NCBI GenBank assembly: GCA_023248635.1
Contig: JAHFED010000033.1
Coordinates: forward strand, 1 to 63,627
Source of the DNA: Myxococcales bacterium
Lineage (GTDB): Bacteria; Myxococcota; UBA727; VGSZ01
DNA: 63,627 nucleotides
Direction: 5' to 3'
Of the stretch, positions 29,062-40,395 are shown piece after piece (within the stretch, counting starts at the first letter, position 1; each line of letters starts with the position of its first letter). Position numbers and translations under genes: made by a program. Under the pieces are notes generated by a model. That model ran no database searches and was not told the DNA's origin. It saw only the letters and a list, made by a program, of their open reading frames with translations.

Positions 29062-29186
29062 GGGGATCTCCTCGTCTGAGTGCATCGTTGGGCTTCGGTA
29101 GCACGGAGCACGCCGGCTCTTCACGCTCTGGTTGCTGCGCCGACGATGTTGGCGCGCAGGGTCGCTGGCTTGACCACGGCGGCCGA

Positions 29187-30392
29187 TCAGCCTGCCGATC
29201 CCTGGTTGGCAATGGGCGATTCTGGCAGGAACCAGAGGCCGAAGGCGCTGAGGGCAATGGCGCCGACGCCGGTCCACAACGCCGGTGACCATGAACCAGC
29301 GTGCTCCTTCCAGGCGCCCATGGCGAAGATGAAGACCACCGAAGCTTGGCCCACGAGGGCAAAGACGCCGTTGCTGGTGCCGACGGGCGTGGGAGCGGTG
29401 ACCTCGGCCCCGTATTGATAGGCGACCGGCGCAGCGCCGATGGTGCAGAAGCCGACGCAGAAAAACGCCGCGCCCAAAGATGCAAACGACGACGACAGCG
29501 GCACTGCCGCCAGGCTGGGGACCGCCAAGCCAAAGGCGGTTAACAACAAGGGTCTGCGGCGCTGGATGCGATCGGAGATCGCCGGCAGCACGATGGCGCC
29601 GACCACACCCCCGATGAGCATCAGGGCCGCGAGGTCGCCAGCGCTGGTGGCAGCGATGCCGCGTTCGACGACGACACCCTCGACCCAGGTGGAAACGCCA
29701 TTCATCACGCCGTTGGCGATGAACAGGGAAAAGGACAGCAGCCACATGTCGCGGCGCCTGAGCATGGAGCTGAGGCCGCCGACGACGAGCGCGCGTTCGT
29801 CATCGTTGTGGTCGTCATGTTTGCTGCGCGCGGGTTCCCGGGCAACAACGATGAAGAAGAGGGCGGAGGCGGCGGCAGCAGCGGCGTAGATCCTCTGCAT
29901 GCCGGCGACGCCGTGGGCGACGACGAGATCGGGGGTGAGGGCTTCGCCGATCGCGATGCCGACGAAAGTTGCCAGGAAAGCGACGCCCGTCATGGTGGCG
30001 CGGTGTTTGGGCGTGAACCACAACGCCGCGAGCTTGGTGAAAGCATTCAGCAAGAAGGGCTGTGACAGGGCGAGACCCACAGTGCAGGCGACAGCGGCGG
30101 CGTAGCTGTCGACGAATGCGCGCCCGATGCTGAAGACGCCGAGCAGGAGGGCCCCGAAGGACACGGCCTTGCGAAAGCCGAAGACGTCGATGGCCCAGGC
30201 TGCGGGCATCGACGCCGGCACGTAGATGAACATGTAGAGCATCGCCAGGGTCCCGATGGCGAGCTCGTCTCGGCCGTAGAAATCCTGCGCGGCCTTTGTC
30301 ACGGGGGCAAAGCAGATCCAGAGCATCTGCGTGGTCACGTTGATCGCGAGGAAGGCGACGACAGTCAGGGCACGAGCAGGGCCAGTGGACAT
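29187..30392 (-). CDS. MFS transporter
   Basis: 12-TM profile in two six-helix halves with a central charged loop (ARSKHDDHNDDERALV). An alternative start lies at 30419. Confidence 0.7.
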   Translation of the reverse strand: MSTGPARALTVVAFLAINVTTQMLWICFAPVTKAAQDFYGRDELAIGTLAMLYMFIYVPASMPAAWAIDVFGFRKAVSFGALLLGVFSIGRAFVDSYAAAVACTVGLALSQPFLLNAFTKLAALWFTPKHRATMTGVAFLATFVGIAIGEALTPDLVVAHGVAGMQRIYAAAAAASALFFIVVAREPARSKHDDHNDDERALVVGGLSSMLRRRDMWLLSFSLFIANGVMNGVSTWVEGVVVERGIAATSAGDLAALMLIGGVVGAIVLPAISDRIQRRRPLLLTAFGLAVPSLAAVPLSSSFASLGAAFFCVGFCTIGAAPVAYQYGAEVTAPTPVGTSNGVFALVGQASVVFIFAMGAWKEHAGSWSPALWTGVGAIALSAFGLWFLPESPIANQGSAG

Positions 30393-30473
30393 GAACACTG
30401 CGGTAGCATGATCGGCCACTCGGACGTCGTCGGTTCACTCTCCGCTCGGTCTCCTTCTCAGCGTCGTCGCCAT

Positions 30474-31499
30474 TCAGGGACGGCTCGCGCTCAGCCGTGC
30501 ACACCCAGCGCACAGGTTGTCGACATCCCACGGGGCCGAGCTGGGGGCGAGGCCTTCCCTCACGAACGAACTCAACAGCGACGCCGTCGCGGCGTTGCAT
30601 CCCCTGGCACGGTAACGGCTGCGGCGCGCTTGCACCGCGGGATCCTTCAACAGCGGGCACACCTCGAGCGTCGCTGTCTGCACGGCTTCGGCTTCGCGAT
30701 CGGCGAAGGCGTTGGTGGCGAAGCTCTCGTCCCAGCAGGGGTCGACCCAGGCCGCCAGCGAGAACCAACCCGAGAGGGACCAGCCGCCGTCGTCGTCGTG
30801 GACCAGGCCTCCGCCGCACAAGGCGTCGAAGAAGCGCATCCCGGCCGAGGCCGCGTGGAGGTCGGCGTAGGAAAAGATGCCGTCGATGCCGAGCCCCAGC
30901 CAGCCCTTCTCCTCGTCGACGCCGTAGAGCAGGGCCGCGCGCAGGGCTTCGTCGACGTCGGCGCCGGCCGCCCGTGCGTCGAGGGCGCGCTCCCAGGATC
31001 GGAAACCGTTGGTGAAGAAGTGGCCGATCTTGTCGGGTCCCAGGAGCACGCCGTCGACGCTCAGGGTGGGATCGAGGGGCACCAGGTGGCCGAAGGGAAA
31101 GAGGGGCGTGCTGCGGTAGATGCTGCGCCGGTCGAATTCGCTGCCCCGGGGGCGGGCCGCCAACTCCTTGCCCTCGGGCCAATCGCTCCAGGGCGTGCGT
31201 TCGATGGGACGACGGGGAGAGCGGTCCACCGGCCAGCGCCGCACCGCGCTGCGAAAGAAGTGATCCGAGGTGATGTGCAGCGGTGCTGTGAGCAGGCGCG
31301 CGGCCTCGCGACAGGTAGCTGGCCGGCGGGCGTTGACGTCGGCGAGACCGCGCACGAGCTCGCGGTTGATGGCCCGATCCAGACCCTCGGTGGCGTCGTC
31401 GGGCGGCTGGCGCCAGGCCCAATAGGGGTCGGACTCCGCCCCCGCTGCCGAGAGAGACAAGAGAGCGCTGGCGACCAGCAGGGTCGGACGAAGCCGCAC
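30474..31499 (-). CDS. secreted hypothetical protein (signal peptide)
   Basis: N-terminal signal MRLRPTLLVASALLSLSAAGA. Trp-rich, no recognised family. Preferred over the antisense ORF 30408..31838, which has junk-like composition. Confidence 0.45.
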   Translation of the reverse strand: MRLRPTLLVASALLSLSAAGAESDPYWAWRQPPDDATEGLDRAINRELVRGLADVNARRPATCREAARLLTAPLHITSDHFFRSAVRRWPVDRSPRRPIERTPWSDWPEGKELAARPRGSEFDRRSIYRSTPLFPFGHLVPLDPTLSVDGVLLGPDKIGHFFTNGFRSWERALDARAAGADVDEALRAALLYGVDEEKGWLGLGIDGIFSYADLHAASAGMRFFDALCGGGLVHDDDGGWSLSGWFSLAAWVDPCWDESFATNAFADREAEAVQTATLEVCPLLKDPAVQARRSRYRARGCNAATASLLSSFVREGLAPSSAPWDVDNLCAGCARLSASRP

Positions 31500-31665
31500 C
31501 TCGGTGGTCTAGGAACCTGGGCTCCGGCGACGTCGGCCCGGGCTCTCCTGGCGGGCGAGGCAGCTTGCCGCGAGGGCTGCGGAAACACCTTGGCGCACCG
31601 CAGAAGGTGCACTAGGAGGGCAGCGACGACGACGACGATGAGTGCCGATCAGGCTGGCACAAGTA

Positions 31666-33232
<1,567 letters not shown>

Positions 33233-33264
33233 GCCCACGACACCACCTCTGAGGCGAGGCCCCC

Positions 33265-33663
33265 ATGCAGCTCGACATCGTGACCCCCGATCGCCGCGTC
33301 GTCGTCGCCAGCGCTGACGACGTCGTCATTCCAGCCCGCGAAGGCGAAATCGACATCCTGCCCGGCCACGCGGCCTATCTGGGCTTGCTGGGCACGGGCG
33401 TGTTGCGCTTCGTCGCCGAAGGCAAGGCGATCCAGCTCATGGTCTCGGGGGGCTTCATCGAAGTCGACAACGACCGCGTCGTCTTGATGTGCGAGAGCGC
33501 GGCGCTGTCGGGCGAGGTGGTCAAAGAAGAAGAGATGAAGAGCCTGCACGAGCTCGAGAAGCAGCTGGCCGGTCTCGGCGTGACCTCCGAAGGCGACGCC
33601 GGCTACCAGAAGCTCCGCGCCGAGGTCGATCGCTCCGCGGCCAAGCTCACCCTGCTGAAGTGA
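33265..33663 (+). CDS. atpC: F0F1 ATP synthase subunit epsilon
   Basis: 132 aa; MQLDIVTPDRRVVVASADDVVIPAREGEIDILPGHAAYLGLL is the epsilon N-terminal beta-sandwich; C-terminal helical hairpin. Confidence 0.9.
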   Translation: MQLDIVTPDRRVVVASADDVVIPAREGEIDILPGHAAYLGLLGTGVLRFVAEGKAIQLMVSGGFIEVDNDRVVLMCESAALSGEVVKEEEMKSLHELEKQLAGLGVTSEGDAGYQKLRAEVDRSAAKLTLLK

Positions 33664-33685
33664 ACCCAGCGTCTCGCTCGCGCCC

Positions 33686-34375
33686 ATGAGCAGCGACGTC
33701 GAAGGCGTGTGCGTCGTCGACGACGACGTCGGCATCGACACTGAGGCGTTGCGCGCCGCCATCCACAAGAGCGCCTTGATCGGCGAGAGCCAGCTGGTCG
33801 GCGCCTTCGAGGCCACCCGCGGTTTCGGCATCGCTTGTCACCGCAGCGCCCTCCAAGAGGCCATCGCCCGCGCTCCCTGGTTGGCCCCGTTCGTCGACGT
33901 CGTGCTCGATGGCGAGCGCTTGCAGCGTCTCTTGCGCCTGTCGCTGGCCGAGCGGCTGCTCGGTGCCTTCCTCGGCGACATCAACGCCCTCTACTTGAAC
34001 GTGCTGGTGGTTCCACCGGGGGGCGCGGTGGCCCTGCACGTCGACAGCACCCTCGGCGTCCACGGCGACGGCCCCGTGTTCGCGCCGCGGGCGGTGGGCG
34101 TCTTGTACGTCGACGTGCCCGCCGACCTGTGCGGGGGAGAGCTGCGCCTCTTCGCCGCGCATTCCCTCCAGGCCACAGTGACCCCCAAGGTCGGGCGTCT
34201 GGTCTTGTTCCGGGGATCCCTCGGGCACGAAGTGACGACGACGACGACGACGGCCCCGCGGGTGAGCTGTGTGGCCGAGCTCTACGCCCTGCCCCGGGCG
34301 CGCTTGGCCCTCTTGCCGCGGGTGCGGGTGCAAAGCCGCGGCTTCGACGACGTCTTGGCCCGACTGCGCCGCTGA
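33686..34375 (+). CDS. 2OG-Fe(II) oxygenase superfamily protein (prolyl-4-hydroxylase-like)
   Basis: HxD...H pattern (LHVDSTLGVHGD ... GSLGHEV) with a likely 2OG-binding Arg (GRLVLFRG) in a jelly-roll-like arrangement. Low certainty. Confidence 0.4.
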   Translation: MSSDVEGVCVVDDDVGIDTEALRAAIHKSALIGESQLVGAFEATRGFGIACHRSALQEAIARAPWLAPFVDVVLDGERLQRLLRLSLAERLLGAFLGDINALYLNVLVVPPGGAVALHVDSTLGVHGDGPVFAPRAVGVLYVDVPADLCGGELRLFAAHSLQATVTPKVGRLVLFRGSLGHEVTTTTTTAPRVSCVAELYALPRARLALLPRVRVQSRGFDDVLARLRR

Positions 34376-34537
34376 GCCCCGGCTGCCGTGTGGCGCCGAC
34401 GTTGACCTCTGCAGGAACGCCACACTTTGACCGCCGCGAGAGGCGCGGCGGATCGCGTCCCAGCGCACACCACCCGCATGGCACGGGCATCGCACGCGCG
34501 GGGCCGACGGCGCAGCCACGCGCCGCTGGAGGATTTG

Positions 34538-35032
34538 ATGCGGAAGCTCTTTTTCGTCGTCGTCGTCGTCGTTGCCGCCGCCGCCTGTCAGCCCCCTGAG
34601 GACAAGGCTGCGCTGCGCTCCGAGGTCGAGCGCCGCGCCGAAGTGCAGGAGCCAAAGGCGATGCCTCCCCAGGATCCCCGCATCGACGGTGCCGCAACCC
34701 CGGTGGCCCCCCTGCCCCCCCAACAGCGCGCCGAGCTCAACGCCGAGCGCGCGGCCTTCCAGCAGAAGTCTCTGGAGCGCCTCAACACCGCCGAGACCCA
34801 GGCCCAAGCCGTGATCACCAAAGCGGGTACGTCGTCGAAGGAGCCAGCGATCACCAACGCCGTCGTCCAAGATGCGGGCCTGGTGCAGAGCAACATTCAA
34901 AGCATGAGAGACAAGCTGCCCGACCTGCTGCACACGACGTCGGATGCCACTTGGATGATGACGGAGAAGTCCATCGACGCGCAGATCGCCGAGATCGAAA
35001 AGAGGATCAGCGCGCTGGAACACCGCCTCTGA
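34538..35032 (+). CDS. hypothetical lipoprotein
   Basis: MRKLFFVVVVVVAAAAC lipoprotein signal followed by a helical, coiled-coil-like Gln/Ala-rich sequence. Confidence 0.4.
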   Translation: MRKLFFVVVVVVAAAACQPPEDKAALRSEVERRAEVQEPKAMPPQDPRIDGAATPVAPLPPQQRAELNAERAAFQQKSLERLNTAETQAQAVITKAGTSSKEPAITNAVVQDAGLVQSNIQSMRDKLPDLLHTTSDATWMMTEKSIDAQIAEIEKRISALEHRL

Positions 35033-35048
35033 CGGTGTGGTGGCGCGC

Positions 35049-36188
35049 TCAAACCAGCGAGCGCGCCACGATCTCTTTCATGATCTCGGTGGTGCCGGCG
35101 TAGATGCGCTGCACCCGAGCATCGAGCCAAGCGCGGGCGATCGGGTACTCGTGCATGTAGCCGTAGCCCCCGTGCAGCTGCAGGCATTCGTCGACGACGC
35201 GGCCGAGCATTTCGCTGGTCCAATACTTCGCCATCGACGCCTTCGCCGGCGTGAGCTCACCGGCGTTCAACTCGACGATGCAGCGGTCGACGAAGGCCTG
35301 CCCGAGCTCGCACTCGGTGGCCATCTCGGCGAGCTTGAAACGTGTGTTCTGTTGTTTTGACAGTGGTTTGCCAAAGGCTTTGCGATCTTTGACATAATCA
35401 ATCGTCAGGTTGAGCGCGGCCTGGGCGCCGGCGACGCACCCGACCGCGACGACCATGCGTTCTCTCGCCAATTCCTGCATCAGATAAACAAAGCCCTGAC
35501 CTCGCTCACCCAAGAGATTCTCTTTGGGTACGCGGCAGTCCTCGAAGTGCATCTCGGTCGTGTCTTGGGCCATGAGCCCAAGCTTCTTCAGCCGTCGGCC
35601 GCGCACGAAACCGGGGGCGTCTTTTTCGACGACGATGAGGCTCATGCTCTGCCAGCCGGCGCCGTCGTTTTCGGTGTTGGCAGCGACGATGACGAGGTCA
35701 CACAGCAGCCCGTTGGAGATGAAGGTCTTGCTGCCGTTGATCACCCAGGAGTCGCCGTCGTCGACGGCGCGGGTGGAGATCGCTTGCAGATCGCTGCCGG
35801 TGCCGGGCTCGGTCATGGCGATGGCGCCGATGATCTCGCCGCTGGCCATCTTGGGCAGCCACTTCTTCTTCTGCTCTTCGGTGGCGTTGTGCTCGATGTA
35901 AGGCGCAACGATGTCGCTGTGCAGAGGAAAGAACACATCCGAGCTCTGCGATGACGCCAGCTCCTCGCTGACGACGGCGGAGTAGCGAAAGTCGAGGCCC
36001 AGTCCGCCGTAGTCGGCGCTGGTCGTCATGCACAAGAAGCCCTGGGCACCGGCCTTCGTGTAGACCTCGCGGTCGACGATGCCGTTTTGCAAGAAGCGCT
36101 CGTAATGAGGGGTGATCTCGGCCTGGACGAACTTCTGGAATGAGGTCCGGAAAGCCCGCAATTCGTCGTCGTGAAGCTTGTCGTGCAT
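35049..36188 (-). CDS. acyl-CoA dehydrogenase
   Basis: ACAD fold: N-terminal helical domain, central domain (GAIAMTEPGTGSDLQ; GSKTFISNG), and C-terminal domain with the catalytic Glu region (QLHGGYGYMHEYPIARAWLDARV). Confidence 0.85.
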   Translation of the reverse strand: MHDKLHDDELRAFRTSFQKFVQAEITPHYERFLQNGIVDREVYTKAGAQGFLCMTTSADYGGLGLDFRYSAVVSEELASSQSSDVFFPLHSDIVAPYIEHNATEEQKKKWLPKMASGEIIGAIAMTEPGTGSDLQAISTRAVDDGDSWVINGSKTFISNGLLCDLVIVAANTENDGAGWQSMSLIVVEKDAPGFVRGRRLKKLGLMAQDTTEMHFEDCRVPKENLLGERGQGFVYLMQELARERMVVAVGCVAGAQAALNLTIDYVKDRKAFGKPLSKQQNTRFKLAEMATECELGQAFVDRCIVELNAGELTPAKASMAKYWTSEMLGRVVDECLQLHGGYGYMHEYPIARAWLDARVQRIYAGTTEIMKEIVARSLV

Positions 36189-36309
36189 GCCCCACCCTTC
36201 CTGTGATTGACATTGATGTCAACTCCGCTGCCCAGGGGTGGAGCAAGGGGTCAGAAGATCGACGAGGCCTCGACGCCGTTGGTATGGTCGACGACGGCGT
36301 GAGGTCACG

Positions 36310-37782
36310 ATGAAGTTCTGCTGCGAGCGTTGCCAGACCCGATATTCGATCGGCGACGAAAAAGTGAAGGGCAAGGTCCTCAAGATCCGCTGCAAGACCT
36401 GCGGCAACATCATCGTCGTGCGCGAGCAGATGGCCCAGGGAGAGGCCGTGCCCCAGGCTCTCGCTGCCGGCGGCGGTGGGAGTCCGGCACCCTCTCGTCC
36501 CGAGCCCACACAGGCCTCACCCAATCCCTTGGCAACGGCCCCTGCGGCCCAATCCGCTGGCACGGCGTCCAGCGAGCTCGAGTGGTTCGTCGCCATCAAA
36601 GGCAAGCAGCACGGACCCGCCCGCGCCGACGACATTGGTCGCCTCTACCGCGAGGGCAAAATCACCGAGCGCACCTATCTCTGGCACGACCAGCTGCCGT
36701 CGTGGACGCGGTTGAAAGACCTGCCCGAATTCGCCTCGGTGATCGCTGAAGGGCCCGCCCCGCGTCGACCGCCGCCGCCGCCGCCCTCGGAAGATGGCGC
36801 CGAGATCGTGAACTTCGAGGCCGCCCGCGCCCAACGCCAGGGCCAACAGCCACCGCAGCCGGCCGCGCCGCCGCCCGGTCCTGTCACCCAAGATCCCTTC
36901 GCCTCCATCGCCGCCGCGCCGGGCGGTGCAGTGGCCGAGGCGCCGCGTGAGTCCACGCGCGTGTTCATCATGCAGGCAGGCCTGCACAACCGCAGCAAGA
37001 AGCAGCGCATCTACGCCGGCGTTGCGCTGCTCGTCACCCTCGCCTTCGTCTTGCTCTGCGTCGTCGACTACCAGCTCGACATCTTCGGCTTGAAGAAGGC
37101 CCTCGACGCCGTCGCCGTCAGCGCCGGCATCAAAGAGAGTCCCGAGGAGCCCGGCGCGGAGTGGGACGACAGCGAGGTCGATCCCGCCCTGAAGTGCCGA
37201 CTCAATCCCAACCCGGCCGAGTGCGAGAAAAAAGAGAAAGAGCGCATCGTCGCCAAGCGCAAACAGCGCGCCGTCAAAGCCGTGGGTGGCGGCACAGCCC
37301 TGTCAGGCGACGACCTCGCGGGCGCTTTCGGCGCGGGTGGCGAGGGCAGTGGCAAGGTCGCGCACGCCGCCATCGACGAAGGCGGCATGATCGCCGTCGG
37401 CGGCGGTCCCTCTGCCGAGGAGATCAAAAAGGCGCTCGGCGGCGGCAAGGCCGGACCCAGCGGTCCCAAGGCGCACATCGAGACCCCCAGCGTCGCCGGC
37501 ACCACCATCGACGCCGAAAACGCGAGCAAGGTCGTGCGCGATGGTCAGGCGGGCATTCAGATCTGCGTCGACGACGCCATGAAGCAGGGGGAGAGCATTC
37601 CCAAGCGGGCCACGCTGGTCATCGCCATCACGCTCAAGGGGACCGTCGATCTCGCCAAGATCAGCGAAGCCGTCGTCAACGCGACCAGCCTCGGCTCGTG
37701 CCTGGCAAAGACGGCGAAGAAGTGGAAGTTCGCGCCGCCGACGGAGCCCGCCGACCTCGAGATCCCTCTCGTGCTCCAGTAA
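36310..37782 (+). CDS. zinc-ribbon + GYF (DUF4339-like) + TM + AgmX/PglI C-terminal domain protein (GltJ/AgmX-like architecture)
   Basis: N-terminal MJ0042-type zinc ribbon (MKFCCERCQTRYSIGDEKVKGKVLKIRCKTCGNIIVV), a GYF-like block (EWFVAIKGKQHGPARADDIGRLYREGKITERTYLWHDQLPSWTRL), a Pro-rich segment, a TM helix (IYAGVALLVTLAFVLLCVV), and a C-terminal domain (IQICVDDAMKQGE...GSCLAKTAKKWKFAPPTEPADLEIPLVLQ) fitting the AgmX/PglI/TonB-C-like pattern. Confidence 0.55.
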   Translation: MKFCCERCQTRYSIGDEKVKGKVLKIRCKTCGNIIVVREQMAQGEAVPQALAAGGGGSPAPSRPEPTQASPNPLATAPAAQSAGTASSELEWFVAIKGKQHGPARADDIGRLYREGKITERTYLWHDQLPSWTRLKDLPEFASVIAEGPAPRRPPPPPPSEDGAEIVNFEAARAQRQGQQPPQPAAPPPGPVTQDPFASIAAAPGGAVAEAPRESTRVFIMQAGLHNRSKKQRIYAGVALLVTLAFVLLCVVDYQLDIFGLKKALDAVAVSAGIKESPEEPGAEWDDSEVDPALKCRLNPNPAECEKKEKERIVAKRKQRAVKAVGGGTALSGDDLAGAFGAGGEGSGKVAHAAIDEGGMIAVGGGPSAEEIKKALGGGKAGPSGPKAHIETPSVAGTTIDAENASKVVRDGQAGIQICVDDAMKQGESIPKRATLVIAITLKGTVDLAKISEAVVNATSLGSCLAKTAKKWKFAPPTEPADLEIPLVLQ

Positions 37783-37788
37783 CCAACC

Positions 37789-38670
37789 GTGCCCCAGCGC
37801 GTCCGCATCGTTGGAGCCTCGAGCCCCTTCCCGCCCGCCAAGCTCGAGGCTGGGGTGGCCCGCCTGCGCGCTGCCGGCTTCGACGTCGACGACCGCGACG
37901 TCTTGCAGGGCACACACGCGTACTTGAACGGCGACGACGCCACCCGCGCTCGACTGCTGGAGCAGGCCCTGCACAGCGACGTCGACGTCGTCTGGCTGGC
38001 CCGCGGCGGCTACGGTCTCACCCGCATCGCGCAGCGCCTGGTCCTGCCCGCGCGCCTGCCGGTGGTGGTGGGCTTCTCCGATGTGACCGCGCTCTTTGCG
38101 CGCTTGCACAAGGAAGGGCGGCTGCGGGGCGCCATCCATGGTCCGCTGGCCACCTCGGTGGCGGGGGAGCCCGACCAGAGCCTGGCCCATCTGGTCGACG
38201 TCGTCGCCGGCGGCCCGGGTCTGCCCCTGCCCGAGCTGCGGGTGTTGCAGGGTGGCGGTGACGTCACAGCCCCTCTCTTTGCCGCGAACCTCTGCGTGCT
38301 CAGCGCCCTGTGCGGAACACCGCTGCAGCCCGATCTGCGCGGCCAGCTGCTGGTGCTCGAGGAGATCTCCGAGCGTCCCTACCGCCTCGACCGCATGCTC
38401 ACCCAGCTGATCCACAGCGGTACCCTGCAGGGCGTCGCCGCCGTCGTCGTCGGCCATCTCAGCGGCTGCGTGGAGCCGGTGGTCAAAAACGCCACGCGCG
38501 ATGCAGCCCCCGGGCCCGAGCAGGTCTTCGTCGAGCGCCTGGGCTCCCTCGCGGTGCCCATCGTCGCCGGTTTGCCGGTGGGCCACGAAGCCCCCAACCG
38601 CGCGCTCCCCCTGGGCCGCCCCTGCCGGCTGCACATCGACGCTGTGCGAGCGACGCTGAGCTGGTCGTGA
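37789..38670 (+). CDS. ldcA: LD-carboxypeptidase (peptidase S66, muramoyltetrapeptide carboxypeptidase)
   Basis: S66 nucleophile motif GFSDVTAL, plus conserved GGYG and C-terminal His/Glu region. It starts 6 bp after the previous gene. Confidence 0.75.
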   Translation: MPQRVRIVGASSPFPPAKLEAGVARLRAAGFDVDDRDVLQGTHAYLNGDDATRARLLEQALHSDVDVVWLARGGYGLTRIAQRLVLPARLPVVVGFSDVTALFARLHKEGRLRGAIHGPLATSVAGEPDQSLAHLVDVVAGGPGLPLPELRVLQGGGDVTAPLFAANLCVLSALCGTPLQPDLRGQLLVLEEISERPYRLDRMLTQLIHSGTLQGVAAVVVGHLSGCVEPVVKNATRDAAPGPEQVFVERLGSLAVPIVAGLPVGHEAPNRALPLGRPCRLHIDAVRATLSWS

Positions 38671-39728
38671 ACCCAGCGCCAGCGCGAAGAGCGGCAGTGC
38701 AAGCCGTGCTCGACGACGTCGTCGCCCGCGGGCTCACCCCCGGCGTCGCCGCTGCCGTCGTTGCTGCCGATGGACACTCTGAACGCTTCTTCAGCGGGCA
38801 CAAGCACGACAGCGACAGCGACGCCGTCGACGCCGACACCATCTACGACCTCGCGAGCCTCACCAAGCTGCTGTGCACCACCGTGCTCATGGCCCGGGCC
38901 GTCGACGACGAGGTCATTGCTCTCGACGAGCAGCCCTTCGCGCGCTGGCCTGGGGTCACGGTCGCTCATCTGCTGCAGCACCGCTCCGGTCTCTGCGCCC
39001 ACCGACCCCTGCACGAGCTCGCGATCCGGGCCCGGGCCACGGGACAGCAGCAGGGCCGCGACCTCGTCGTCGACGCAGTCTTGGGCACGCTGCCCGAGGC
39101 TGCTCCGGGCGTGCGCACTCTCTACTCGGACCTGGGCTTCATCGCTCTGGGTGCGCTGCTCGAGCGCAGGCGCGAGCAACCCCTCGATCAGCTCTTCGCG
39201 TCGTCGTCGTCGTCGGGACTGCGCTTCGTTTGCTTGGGGCGCGAGGGTTACCATCCTTGCGTTTCGCAGGTCGCCCCGACCGAACGCTGCCTGTGGCGAC
39301 GTCGCGCAGTGCACGGCCAGGTCCACGACGAAAACGCCTTCGCCATGGGGGGGATCGCGGGCCACGCGGGGCTCTTTGGCAGCCTCGTCGACGTCGAAGG
39401 CGCCGCCCTGGCTTTGCTGGGTTCGATCCAACAAGACACGACCCTGCGCGCCTTTGCCCGCGCACACGGCGAGCGCGGCCTCGGCTTCGACAAGGCCACG
39501 CCGGGGGGGAGCACGGGCGAGGCCCTCGGTCCAGCGAGCGTCGGGCACCTGGGCTTCACGGGCACCAGCCTCTGGCTCGATCCGGACTTCGTCGTCGATG
39601 ACCACGCTCCGCCGGGCGCGGCCTTTGTGCTGTTGGCCAACACCCTCTTTCCCACGCGCGAGGGCGTGCTCGCCCGCAACAAGGAGCTGCGCCGCGCGTT
39701 CCACCGCGCCGCCGCCGGCCTCGACTGA
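38667..39728 (+). CDS. serine hydrolase, beta-lactamase/transpeptidase-like family
   Basis: SxxK motif (ASLTKLL), YSD-like (LYSDLG) and HAG (IAGHAGLFGS) motifs. The start is uncertain; I placed it at GTG 38667, overlapping the ldcA stop (GTGA). No ATG exists before the conserved core. Confidence 0.6.
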   Translation: MNPAPARRAAVQAVLDDVVARGLTPGVAAAVVAADGHSERFFSGHKHDSDSDAVDADTIYDLASLTKLLCTTVLMARAVDDEVIALDEQPFARWPGVTVAHLLQHRSGLCAHRPLHELAIRARATGQQQGRDLVVDAVLGTLPEAAPGVRTLYSDLGFIALGALLERRREQPLDQLFASSSSSGLRFVCLGREGYHPCVSQVAPTERCLWRRRAVHGQVHDENAFAMGGIAGHAGLFGSLVDVEGAALALLGSIQQDTTLRAFARAHGERGLGFDKATPGGSTGEALGPASVGHLGFTGTSLWLDPDFVVDDHAPPGAAFVLLANTLFPTREGVLARNKELRRAFHRAAAGLD

Positions 39729-39736
39729 GGTTTGGA

Positions 39737-40186
39737 TCAGCCCACGACGCGCAACAGGGCGATGGCGACGAAGGCGGCCACGGCTGCCACGCGCAGCAGC
39801 TGGGCGCGCGGCTGGTCACGTTGGTCGATGGCCACCGAGCGCACGAACGAGAGAAAGCAGACCAGGGCGGCCAGCGGCACCACGCCGAAGCCGACGACGG
39901 CGAGGTCGAGGTCGCGGGCGACGCCACCGCAGGCGGCGACAACGACGGCGACGAGGGCCAGCAGCGGTCCCAGAGCCGTGGGGCGGTGCCGTCGCTTCAT
40001 GTCCATGGCGTAGGCGCCCAGGGCGAAGGCGCCGCGGTCCACGAGGAGCGCGGCCAGCACAGGGGCAGCGATCATCGACGCCGTCAGCACTTGCATCTGG
40101 GCTTCTCCGATGGCGGGGCCCCCACAGGCCAACGCCGGAGCAGCCACCAAGAGCCCGAGGGAGGGCAGCGCGAGCTTTTTGGTCAT
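39737..40186 (-). CDS. hypothetical membrane protein
   Basis: 149 aa; signal or TM at the N-terminus and 3-4 hydrophobic helices. No family recognised. Confidence 0.3.
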   Translation of the reverse strand: MTKKLALPSLGLLVAAPALACGGPAIGEAQMQVLTASMIAAPVLAALLVDRGAFALGAYAMDMKRRHRPTALGPLLALVAVVVAACGGVARDLDLAVVGFGVVPLAALVCFLSFVRSVAIDQRDQPRAQLLRVAAVAAFVAIALLRVVG

Positions 40187-40261
40187 GGGCCGATCGTATC
40201 GACGTCGTCGACGCGGTGCTGGGGGCGGCGGCGCTGAGACAGACCTACATGCGGTGAGGAA

Positions 40262-40333
40262 TGGGCCCGGCTGGATTCGAACCAGCGCACGGTCGGTTAT
40301 GAGCCGAATGCTCTACCGCTGAGCTACGGGCCC
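40262..40333 (-). tRNA. tRNA-Met (anticodon CAT; could alternatively be tRNA-Ile2/lysidine type)
   Basis: Reverse complement GGGCCCGTAGCTCAGCGGTAGAGCATTCGGCTCATAACCGACCGTGCGCTGGTTCGAATCCAGCCGGGCCCA folds as a cloverleaf. Acceptor is 7/7 bp (GGGCCCG/CGGGCCC), D stem GCTC/GAGC, anticodon loop CTCATAA, T stem GCTGG/CCAGC with TTCGAAT loop. CCA is not encoded. Confidence 0.85.
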
Positions 40334-40395
40334 CACGGTTGGTTGTCCCCCGCCGACGTCGACGGCGCAACGGCTTCCCGGCTGCTCGGCTCGGG

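Noticed and set aside
26548-29079. 843-aa ORF antisense to the MVP homolog
   Set aside because: The minus-strand translation aligns with major vault protein end to end. The plus-frame product is low-complexity.
39737-40333. Genomic island integrated at the tRNA-Met gene
   Set aside because: No integrase, no direct repeat of the tRNA 3' end, and no compositional shift on either side. The flanking genes are ordinary chromosomal ones.
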